NCBI RefSeq assembly: GCF_003010495.1
Contig: NZ_CP027570.1
Coordinates: 1,770,001-1,802,000, forward strand
DNA from: Megasphaera elsdenii DSM 20460
GTDB taxonomy: Bacteria; Bacillota; Negativicutes; Veillonellales; Megasphaeraceae
Length of the DNA stretch: 32,000 nt
Reading direction: 5' to 3'
The position numbers and the translations under genes are program-made. This document shows, one piece after another, positions 1 through 7,587 of this stretch. Below the pieces are notes generated by a model, which worked only from the letters and a program-made list of their open reading frames with translations, ran no database searches and was not told where the DNA came from. How positions within the stretch are numbered: the first letter of the stretch is position 1; each line of letters begins with the position of its first letter.

Positions 1-67
1 CGGGCCGCCTTTCAGGACGGCCCCTACGATGCAGCCAACAGGCCACTAGCCACGAACCACTAGCCAC
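1..67 (-). repeat. Window-truncated copy D of the heptad-arm palindromic intergenic element, inverted relative to copy C
   Basis: Five tandem 7-nt units are read on the + strand: AGCCAAC(33-39) AGGCCAC(40-46) TAGCCAC(47-53) GAACCAC(54-60) TAGCCAC(61-67). A GC hairpin follows (GGGCCG 2-7 / CGGCCC 18-23). The reverse complement GTAGGGGCCGTCCTGAAAGGCGGCCCG aligns with GTAGGGGCCGCCTTAATCGGCGGCCCG at 26232-26258. Confidence 0.6.
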
Positions 68-884
68 TGATTTTTTCATCCACATTCCCCTTGAACTGTA
101 GAACGATGAAAATGACCAGAGCGATGACAAAGGCGATGACGCTAGTCATCTGAGCCGATTTCAAGCCTAATGTCAGGTTGACGTAGTCGCCGCGGAGAAA
201 TTCCAGGAAGAACCGTTCGACGGCGTAGAGCATGACATACAGGCAGAAGACCTGGCCCTTCTTGTGGGGGAAGCAGCTGTACAGGAGGAGGGCGACGAAG
301 ACTAATACGTCGGCCTGGCCTTCCCAGATTTCGGCCGGCCACAAGGGCTGACTGCCGTAGGTGTGATAAGCCAGCGTCGTGTCGGGATAGACGATGCCGA
401 AGTCACCGCCTGTAGGATGGCCGAAGGCGTCGCCGTTCATGAGATTGGCCATGCGGCCGATGGACTGGCCCAGGATGATAGCCGGTGCCAGGAGGTCGGC
501 AAAGGCCCAGGTGTCGATGTGATGGTATTTGGTATACACGATGCCGGCGATGGCGCCGAAGAGCAGGCCACCCTGGATGGCCATGCCGCCCTGCCAGACG
601 TAGGGGATTTCTGCCAGGTGGTTGTGGTAGTACGGCCAGTCGAAGAAGAAGACGTCCCACAGCCGGCCGCCGACGATGCCTGACAGGCCGCAGTACATGG
701 TGAAATCAAAGATGTGGACGTGCCAGCCCCGGCCGTCGTGCTTCATGATATAGTAAGCCGTGATACCGGCAGAGACGATGCCCAGCATGAACAACAGCCC
801 GTAAGCCCGGATCGGGAAAGAACCGATAAAAAATAGATATTGATGCAATATAAAACACCCCTTTGTTGTGGTATAATGAAACAA
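60..884 (-). CDS. lgt: Prolipoprotein diacylglyceryl transferase
   Basis: 274-aa polytopic hydrophobic ORF. It carries Lgt-like motifs GGRLWDVFFFDW and GRMANLMNGDAFGHPT (family pattern GRxGNFxNxE). Confidence 0.88.
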   Translation of the reverse strand: MFHYTTTKGCFILHQYLFFIGSFPIRAYGLLFMLGIVSAGITAYYIMKHDGRGWHVHIFDFTMYCGLSGIVGGRLWDVFFFDWPYYHNHLAEIPYVWQGGMAIQGGLLFGAIAGIVYTKYHHIDTWAFADLLAPAIILGQSIGRMANLMNGDAFGHPTGGDFGIVYPDTTLAYHTYGSQPLWPAEIWEGQADVLVFVALLLYSCFPHKKGQVFCLYVMLYAVERFFLEFLRGDYVNLTLGLKSAQMTSVIAFVIALVIFIVLQFKGNVDEKISG

Positions 885-967
885 TGTGAACAGAACCTGA
901 ATAGGTTCACGGTTACCATAGAATTATACAGGATTGAAGAGTTTTTTCCAATCCTCATGAGGAGCAA

Positions 968-2740
968 ATGACGATGAAATACAACCATGTTATGCGGACG
1001 TCCTGCCTGGCCGCCTTGATCTGTCTGTCCCTGAGCGCTGTTTCCTTGGCCAATGGCCCGGTCACCGACAGTGCCAAGGCCTCGGACCCGGCTTTCAGCG
1101 TGCCTGTCGTGTCCAATCCGATTCCCAATGAAGCCATCAAAGATTTAGAAATCGTCGAAGACCAGGGCCGCTGGCTCGTCTCGGATAAAGCGCTGGAACA
1201 ATACGGCATCCGCGAAGCCGACCATGCCAAGGGGACGTACTGGTTCCGCCTGCCGAAGGCCCGGAACGGTTCGACGGCCTGGCAGAATGAAAATGTACAG
1301 CTGACCTTGCCGGGACGGGCTGTCAGCGGCGGCCGGACCATCAATATCCGCCATGTCCGCCGTCCACTGGGCATCAGCTATGTCCTGGGCAACGGGACGA
1401 CAGAAAAGAACGAACTCCTGCCGCCGTCCCAGCCCGTCCATACGGTACCGGAACTCCGCGAGGTGCAGGATGCGGCCCCGGCAGCAGTGAAAGAAGGGAA
1501 GATGGGGACGGTCCTCTTCTGGGACCCTGTCATGAAGGAAGACGCCAACCTGCCGTCCTTACAGACACACCAGCCTGTCATGTCTCCCTGCGCTTTCCGT
1601 CTGACTGAAAGCGGCATCGAACTGCGCAATCCCGACTTCGATATGCTGGCTTCGACGTATACCAGCAAGGGATACGCCATGTGGCCTTTGCTCGACAATA
1701 ATTTCAACCCCAAACTGACCCATCAGATCCTGAGCAACAGCCGCCTCCAGGATACCATGGTCCGCCAGCTCGTCGGCTACGCTTTATTATATGATTTCAA
1801 AGGATATAACATCGATTTTGAAAACATCAATTACAGCGATAAAGACGCTTTGACGGCTTTTGTAGCCAAGATTTCCCAGGCCTGCCATGCCTACGGCATC
1901 AAGCTTTCCATGGATGTCACGCCTCTTTCGGACAGTCCCAACTGGTCCCTCGTCTATGACCGGGCGGCCCTGGCCCCGCATCTCGACTACCTCATGGTCA
2001 TGGCCTATGACCAGTTCGGCCGGAGCAGCGCCAAAGCCGGCCCTGTCGCTTCCTATCCCTGGGTCGAACGGGCTGTGCAGAATACGATCGATCTCGTACC
2101 GCCTTCGAAAGTCCTCCTGGGCATGCCCCTGTACATGCGCTTGTGGTATGAATCCAGCGATGGCCGCGACTTACCGAAAGATATCCGCGACTGGCCGGCT
2201 GTCGTCGGCGCACCGCCGATGAAAGGTGTGAAATACGGCGAGGCAAAGACCGAAGCAGCCGAAACGCCCGCTTTGCCGATGTTGGTCCAGGTCGTGACGG
2301 CAGAACAGGAAAATGCCCGCCGGGCCAAACAGCCGGTCATCATGCCGGTCGAACTTGACGGGGAAACGTATAAGCGCCGCGTCCTGCCGCGCCATATCAA
2401 GACAGCGCCCAAAAAGCTGACGACGACACCATCGACGTCTTCGGCCCATAAGGGAAGCGGCAAGAGCAAGCTCTTTGTCCGCACCCTGACCATGGCCGAC
2501 AGCGAAGATATCCTCAAGGCTTATAAAGATTATGTCGTCTGGAATGACGATCTGCAGCTCTATTACCTGGAACTACCCCTGACGACGGGGACCGTCAAGA
2601 TCTGGTTCGAAGATGAAAAATCCTTGAAAGCTAAGGCCGGACTGGTCCAGGCATATGGCTTGGGCGGTGCCGCTTTCTGGCGCAAGGGCTTTGAACCGTT
2701 ACATTTTTGGCAGCGTTTTGCAAAACATGAATTGACTTGA
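968..2740 (+). CDS. Secreted glycoside hydrolase family 18 protein (YaaH/YdhD-like peptidoglycan or chitin hydrolase) with a large internal insertion
   Basis: There is a signal-peptide-like N-terminus (RTSCLAALICLSLSAVSLANG). GH18 motifs are FKGYNIDFE (DxxDxDxE variant keeping the catalytic E), MVMAYDQ, LGMPLYMRLW and WFEDEKS...GGAAFWRKG. The RBS GAGGAG is at 959-964. ATG 974 is an equally plausible start, with 9-nt spacing. Confidence 0.8.
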   Translation: MTMKYNHVMRTSCLAALICLSLSAVSLANGPVTDSAKASDPAFSVPVVSNPIPNEAIKDLEIVEDQGRWLVSDKALEQYGIREADHAKGTYWFRLPKARNGSTAWQNENVQLTLPGRAVSGGRTINIRHVRRPLGISYVLGNGTTEKNELLPPSQPVHTVPELREVQDAAPAAVKEGKMGTVLFWDPVMKEDANLPSLQTHQPVMSPCAFRLTESGIELRNPDFDMLASTYTSKGYAMWPLLDNNFNPKLTHQILSNSRLQDTMVRQLVGYALLYDFKGYNIDFENINYSDKDALTAFVAKISQACHAYGIKLSMDVTPLSDSPNWSLVYDRAALAPHLDYLMVMAYDQFGRSSAKAGPVASYPWVERAVQNTIDLVPPSKVLLGMPLYMRLWYESSDGRDLPKDIRDWPAVVGAPPMKGVKYGEAKTEAAETPALPMLVQVVTAEQENARRAKQPVIMPVELDGETYKRRVLPRHIKTAPKKLTTTPSTSSAHKGSGKSKLFVRTLTMADSEDILKAYKDYVVWNDDLQLYYLELPLTTGTVKIWFEDEKSLKAKAGLVQAYGLGGAAFWRKGFEPLHFWQRFAKHELT

Positions 2741-2760
2741 CGCCGCCCTGCCACTATAAT
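2732..2760 (+). promoter_or_regulatory. Candidate sigma-70-type promoter for leuS
   Basis: The -35 is TTGACT (2732-2737), a 17-nt spacer follows, and the -10 is TATAAT (2755-2760). The -35 lies in the last codons of the GH18 gene (stop TGA 2738-2740). Confidence 0.5.
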
Positions 2761-2827
2761 AATACTCAAGACGCTGTAATACAGACTGTCTGTATTTTGA
2801 CTGGGGCAGGATAGGAGGCTCTCACAA

Positions 2828-5308
2828 TTGGAAAAGTATATTCCACAGGAAATAGAAAAGAAATGGCAGCACGTATGGGAAGAAAGTAAATGCGACTGCT
2901 GCAGCGAAGACAACGGCAAGCCGCCGTATTACGTATTGGAAATGTTCCCGTATCCGTCTGGGAATCTGCACATGGGACATGTCCGCAATTACACGATTGG
3001 TGACGTCATTGCCCGTTATCGCCGCATGAACGGTTATAACGTCTTGCATCCTATGGGCTATGATGCTTTCGGTATGCCTGCAGAAAACGCAGCTATCAAG
3101 CACAATATCCCGCCCGCAGAATGGACATACAGCAACATCGCCAACATGACGCGCCAGCAGAAGGCGCTGGGCCTGTCTTATGACTGGGACCGCGAAGTCG
3201 CTACGTGCCATGAAAAATACTATAAATGGACGCAGTGGATCTTTGAACTGCTCTACAAACGGGGTCTGGCTTACCGCAAAGAAGCGAAAGTTAACTGGTG
3301 CGAAAAATGCAACACCGTCCTGGCCAACGAACAGGTCATCGAAGGTAAATGCTGGCGCTGCGACACGCCGGTCGTCAAAAAGGACCTGAAACAGTGGTTC
3401 TTCAAGATCACCGATTATGCCGACCGCCTGCTGGAAGACTTGAAGCTCCTGCCGGGGTGGCCGGAACGCGTCAAGACCATGCAGAAGAACTGGATCGGCC
3501 GCAGTGAAGGCTTGGAATTCAGTTTCGATATCCCCAGTCTGAAGGAAAAAGTCGCCGTCTACACGACGCGTCCGGACACGATCTATGGGGTCACTTTCGT
3601 CGTCCTGCCGCCGGAACATCCCTTGGTCCACAAGCTTTTGGAAAACAATCCCAAGAAGGCCGAACTGGAAGCTTTCTGCGAAAAAGTACGCAATACCAGC
3701 GATATCGAACGGACGAGCACAGAATCGGAAAAAGTCGGCATGTATACCGGTATCGACTGCGTCCATCCGCTCACGGGCAAGAGTGTCCAGATCTGGATCA
3801 CCAACTACGTCCTCTACGATTATGGGACTGGCGCCGTCATGGGCGTACCGACCGGTGACCAGCGTGACTGGATGTTCGCTACGAAATACAATATCCCTAA
3901 AATCATTACCTTGCAGCCGAAAGACCACGAACTGAAGCTGGAAGAAATGGACCATGCCTATGAAGACAAAGACGGCGTCCTGGTCAATGCCGGTCCTTTC
4001 ACGGGTATGGAAATGCATAAGGCCATGAAAGCCATCATCGACTACATGGAAGAAAAGGGCTTAGGAAAACGCCGCGTCAACTATCGTCTGCGCGACTGGC
4101 TCATTTCCCGTCAGCGCTATTGGGGCGCTCCGATTCCTATCATCTACTGCCCGAAATGCGGCGAACAGCTCGTACCGGAAGACCAGCTGCCGGTCAAGCT
4201 GCCGGAAGACGTCAAATTCACAGCCGGTGCCGTATCGCCGCTGGCTACGAGTGAACACTTCGTCCACTGCACGTGCCCGAAGTGCGGCGGCCCGGCTACG
4301 CGTGAAACGGATACCATCGATACCTTTGTCTGCTCGTCGTGGTACTATCTCCGCTACACCGATGCCCGCAATGATGAAAAAGCCTGGGATCCTGAGAAAG
4401 CCAACCACTGGATGAACGTCGACCAGTATATCGGCGGCATCGAACACGCTATCCTGCATCTCATGTATTCCCGTTTCTTCATGAAAGTCTTCTATGATGC
4501 CGGCCTCGTTGACAACGTCGAACCTTTCGAACGCCTCCTGACACAGGGCATGGTCCTCCTCGACGGCAGCAAGATGAGTAAATCCAAAGGCAACATTGTC
4601 TCGCCGGAAGAAATCATCGCTAAATACGGTGCCGACACGGCCCGCCTGTTCATCCTCTTCGCCGCTCCGCCTGAACGCGACCTGGCTTGGTCCGACCAGG
4701 GCGTCGAAGGTTCGTACCGCTTCCTGAATCGCGTATGGCGCATTGTCCACCAGTTCCAGGATCTGGCTAAAGCCGGTCAGGATGGGACGGATTACACAGA
4801 AGCTGAAAAAGAACTGCGTTTCCAGGAATTTAAGGCCCTGGCCAAGGTCACCGAAGATATCCGCGGTACCGATGGCAACTACGGCCTCAACACGGCTGTC
4901 AGCTCGATCATGGAATACGTCAATGCCATGCATGCCTATGTCGGCGCTAACAAGACCATCCATAAGGCCGTTGCCCTGGAAGCCAACAAGAACCTGCTCA
5001 AAATTCTGGCACCGTTCACGCCGCATATTACGGAAGAACTCTGGCAGCTCTGCGGTTTTGAAGGCAGCGTCCATGCCCAGGATTGGCCGGAAGTCGACAA
5101 ATCGGCTCTCGTCGTCGACGAAATCGAACTGCCTGTCCAGATCAATGGCAAGGTCCGCGACCGCCTGACCGTCGCCGTCGATATCGATAAGGACGCTTTG
5201 CAGGAACAAGTCCTGGCCTTACCGCATATCAAGGAATTTATTGGCGATAAGAAAGTGGTTAAATTCATCGTCGTACCGAAGAAAATCATCAACATCGTCA
5301 TAAAATAG
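2828..5308 (+). CDS. leuS: Leucyl-tRNA synthetase
   Basis: 826 aa with a TTG start preceded by AGGAGG (2813-2818). Class I motifs are HMGH (LHMGHVRNY) and KMSKS (KMSKSKGN). The protein shows LeuRS-like similarity over its full length. Confidence 0.97.
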   Translation: MEKYIPQEIEKKWQHVWEESKCDCCSEDNGKPPYYVLEMFPYPSGNLHMGHVRNYTIGDVIARYRRMNGYNVLHPMGYDAFGMPAENAAIKHNIPPAEWTYSNIANMTRQQKALGLSYDWDREVATCHEKYYKWTQWIFELLYKRGLAYRKEAKVNWCEKCNTVLANEQVIEGKCWRCDTPVVKKDLKQWFFKITDYADRLLEDLKLLPGWPERVKTMQKNWIGRSEGLEFSFDIPSLKEKVAVYTTRPDTIYGVTFVVLPPEHPLVHKLLENNPKKAELEAFCEKVRNTSDIERTSTESEKVGMYTGIDCVHPLTGKSVQIWITNYVLYDYGTGAVMGVPTGDQRDWMFATKYNIPKIITLQPKDHELKLEEMDHAYEDKDGVLVNAGPFTGMEMHKAMKAIIDYMEEKGLGKRRVNYRLRDWLISRQRYWGAPIPIIYCPKCGEQLVPEDQLPVKLPEDVKFTAGAVSPLATSEHFVHCTCPKCGGPATRETDTIDTFVCSSWYYLRYTDARNDEKAWDPEKANHWMNVDQYIGGIEHAILHLMYSRFFMKVFYDAGLVDNVEPFERLLTQGMVLLDGSKMSKSKGNIVSPEEIIAKYGADTARLFILFAAPPERDLAWSDQGVEGSYRFLNRVWRIVHQFQDLAKAGQDGTDYTEAEKELRFQEFKALAKVTEDIRGTDGNYGLNTAVSSIMEYVNAMHAYVGANKTIHKAVALEANKNLLKILAPFTPHITEELWQLCGFEGSVHAQDWPEVDKSALVVDEIELPVQINGKVRDRLTVAVDIDKDALQEQVLALPHIKEFIGDKKVVKFIVVPKKIINIVIK

Positions 5309-5317
5309 TTAAAATTC

Positions 5318-5350
5318 AAAAGAGGCTGTCGCGTGAAGACAGCCTCTTTT
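5318..5350 (+). terminator. Intrinsic terminator of leuS
   Basis: A perfect 10-bp stem pairs AGAGGCTGTC (5321-5330) with GACAGCCTCT (5338-5347). The loop is 7 nt, and the stem is flanked by AAA and a TTTT tail. Confidence 0.85.
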
Positions 5351-5398
5351 ACTTTGTACTTCTTTGAACTTAGTCTTTTTATTAGAAGGGAGTCGTCT

Positions 5399-6013
5399 AT
5401 GAACGCTTTTAAGCCCTGGCCGGACCGCGTTGTCCGCCAGAATACCTGCATGAATACGCGGGCTTGTGCCGTCTTAGTACCGATTATTTACAAAGACGGG
5501 CAAGAACAGGTCGTGTTCGAAGTGCGCAGCAGCAAGCTGGGCTGGCAGCCTGGCGACGTCTGTTTCCCCGGCGGCCGTATCGACGATGGCGACGACAGCG
5601 CCCTGGCAGCAGCCCTCAGGGAGACGAATGAAGAACTCGGCGTCGATCCGTCTCATATCCACGTCTGGGGCCCTTTGGATTACATGGAATCGCCTGTAGG
5701 CGTCACGGTATGGCCCTTTGCCGCTTATATGGATACGGACCGGTTTGTCCTCAGCCAGGGGGAAGTGGACCATACTTTTACCGTTCCCTTAGCCTGGTTC
5801 GACGAGCATGACCCGGAAATCGGCCGCATCGAACTGGCCACCCGGCCGGCACCGGGCTTTCCGAAAGGTCTGGCCCTGTCATCCCAGAAGGGCTGGAAAC
5901 CGCGCCGTACTTATAACGTAAAGATTTATACGTATGAAAATTATAAAATTTGGGGAATTACAGCACATATCCTTGACAACTTCCGGGGTATCCGTGCTAT
6001 AATACAACAGTAA
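5399..6013 (+). CDS. Nudix hydrolase, CoA pyrophosphatase subfamily
   Basis: The Nudix box is GGRIDDGDDSALAAALRETNEELGV. It is preceded by the CoA-pyrophosphatase signature-like EVRSSKLGWQPGDVCFPGG. ATG 5399 has a GAAGGGAG RBS (5386-5393). The upstream ATG 5333 given by the ORF track lies inside the leuS terminator. Confidence 0.8.
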   Translation: MNAFKPWPDRVVRQNTCMNTRACAVLVPIIYKDGQEQVVFEVRSSKLGWQPGDVCFPGGRIDDGDDSALAAALRETNEELGVDPSHIHVWGPLDYMESPVGVTVWPFAAYMDTDRFVLSQGEVDHTFTVPLAWFDEHDPEIGRIELATRPAPGFPKGLALSSQKGWKPRRTYNVKIYTYENYKIWGITAHILDNFRGIRAIIQQ

Positions 6014-6197
6014 GCTTTCCTTAATATTTGTAACCAGTATAGTTAGGTATACGTACAATAGCGTATATTGGAAAAACAAGGCGTACCGTGTCAAGAAGAT
6101 TTTAATCTTTTTACCTCTATTAGTACAAAAAAGTCTTGTTAAAGTTTTAGGATGAGAAAATGGAATAGTGATATTGTGGTTTATAGGCTTTTTGCTA

Positions 6198-6226
6198 TTG
6201 ATTTAACATGTGAAAAGTTGTACAAT
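6198..6226 (+). promoter_or_regulatory. Candidate promoter of the bcd-etfBA operon
   Basis: The -35 is TTGATT (6198-6203), a 17-nt spacer follows, and the -10 is TACAAT (6221-6226). It lies in a 349-bp AT-rich intergenic region about 135 nt upstream of the bcd ATG. Confidence 0.45.
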
Positions 6227-6362
6227 GCACTTGTAAGCAGTGAGGCGGTGTGAATATATATCCAAACAGGATTTCCTGCCTGGAAATGTATCGCCTCAGT
6301 GTTCAGGTTTTTATCTTATGGCTTTACTAAACTAACTATACACTAAGGAGAGTGGAAACATC

Positions 6363-7514
6363 ATGGATTTTAACTTAACAGATATTCAACAGGACTTCTT
6401 AAAACTCGCTCATGATTTCGGCGAAAAGAAATTAGCACCGACCGTTACGGAACGCGACCACAAAGGTATTTATGACAAAGAACTCATCGACGAATTGCTC
6501 AGCCTCGGTATTACCGGCGCTTACTTCGAAGAAAAATACGGCGGTTCCGGCGATGACGGCGGCGACGTTTTGAGCTACATCCTCGCTGTTGAAGAATTGG
6601 CTAAATACGACGCTGGTGTTGCTATCACCTTGTCGGCAACGGTTTCCCTTTGCGCTAACCCGATTTGGCAGTTCGGTACAGAAGCTCAGAAAGAAAAATT
6701 CCTCGTTCCTTTGGTTGAAGGCACTAAACTCGGCGCTTTCGGCTTGACCGAACCGAACGCAGGTACTGATGCTTCCGGCCAGCAGACCATTGCTACGAAG
6801 AACGATGACGGCACTTACACGTTGAACGGCTCCAAGATCTTCATCACCAACGGCGGCGCTGCTGACATCTACATTGTCTTCGCTATGACCGATAAGAGCA
6901 AAGGCAACCACGGCATTACAGCCTTCATCCTCGAAGACGGTACTCCGGGCTTTACTTACGGCAAGAAAGAAGACAAGATGGGCATCCATACTTCGCAGAC
7001 CATGGAACTCGTATTCCAGGACGTCAAAGTTCCGGCTGAAAACATGCTCGGCGAAGAAGGCAAAGGCTTCAAGATTGCTATGATGACCTTGGACGGCGGC
7101 CGTATCGGCGTTGCTGCTCAGGCTCTCGGCATTGCAGAAGCTGCTTTGGCAGATGCTGTTGAATACTCCAAACAGCGTGTACAGTTCGGCAAACCGCTCT
7201 GCAAATTCCAGTCCATTTCCTTCAAACTGGCTGACATGAAGATGCAGATCGAAGCTGCTCGTAACCTCGTTTACAAAGCTGCTTGCAAGAAACAGGAAGG
7301 CAAACCCTTCACCGTTGACGCTGCTATCGCAAAACGCGTTGCTTCCGACGTCGCTATGCGCGTAACGACCGAAGCTGTCCAGATCTTCGGCGGCTATGGC
7401 TACAGCGAAGAATATCCGGTTGCTCGTCACATGCGCGATGCTAAGATTACTCAGATCTACGAAGGCACGAACGAAGTTCAGCTCATGGTTACAGGCGGTG
7501 CTCTGTTAAGATAA
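6363..7514 (+). CDS. bcd: Butyryl-CoA (short-chain acyl-CoA) dehydrogenase
   Basis: 383 aa in the acyl-CoA dehydrogenase family, with the C-terminal YEGTNEVQ motif and a catalytic Glu region. From memory, MDFNLTDIQQDFLKLAHDFGEKKLAP matches the M. elsdenii BCD N-terminus. The RBS AAGGAGAG is at 6345-6352. Confidence 0.97.
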   Translation: MDFNLTDIQQDFLKLAHDFGEKKLAPTVTERDHKGIYDKELIDELLSLGITGAYFEEKYGGSGDDGGDVLSYILAVEELAKYDAGVAITLSATVSLCANPIWQFGTEAQKEKFLVPLVEGTKLGAFGLTEPNAGTDASGQQTIATKNDDGTYTLNGSKIFITNGGAADIYIVFAMTDKSKGNHGITAFILEDGTPGFTYGKKEDKMGIHTSQTMELVFQDVKVPAENMLGEEGKGFKIAMMTLDGGRIGVAAQALGIAEAALADAVEYSKQRVQFGKPLCKFQSISFKLADMKMQIEAARNLVYKAACKKQEGKPFTVDAAIAKRVASDVAMRVTTEAVQIFGGYGYSEEYPVARHMRDAKITQIYEGTNEVQLMVTGGALLR

Positions 7515-7528
7515 TTGAAGTTTATGCT

Positions 7529-7553
7529 CGGGCCTGGCCCTTTGCTGGGCCCG
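7529..7553 (+). other. Intercistronic GC stem-loop between bcd and etfB
   Basis: CGGGCC (7529-7534) pairs with GGCCCG (7548-7553) around an 11-13 nt loop. An A-run follows rather than a T-run, so this is not a canonical terminator. Confidence 0.3.
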
Positions 7554-7587
7554 TTACATAAAAAAAGATTTTAGGAGGCAAACGTAA

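Noticed and set aside
2822-5209. Two long antisense ORFs (2822-4018, 398 aa; 4061-5209, 382 aa) lie opposite leuS.
   Set aside because: These show the same codon-aligned shadow effect (both are in register with the leuS frame). They have no RBS or promoter context and no motifs.
5333-5398. The longer Nudix ORF that starts at ATG 5333.
   Set aside because: That ATG lies in the loop and descending stem of the leuS terminator. ATG 5399 has a proper RBS, and the extra 22 residues (MKTASFTLYFFELSLFIRRESS) are not Nudix-like.
6152-6253. A 33-codon small ORF (MRKWNSDIVVYRLFAIDLTCEKLYNALVSSEAV) lies in the AT-rich region upstream of bcd.
   Set aside because: No correctly spaced RBS is present, because the AGGA abuts the ATG. 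The ORF overlaps the predicted bcd promoter, and its codon usage is unlike that of the surrounding genes.
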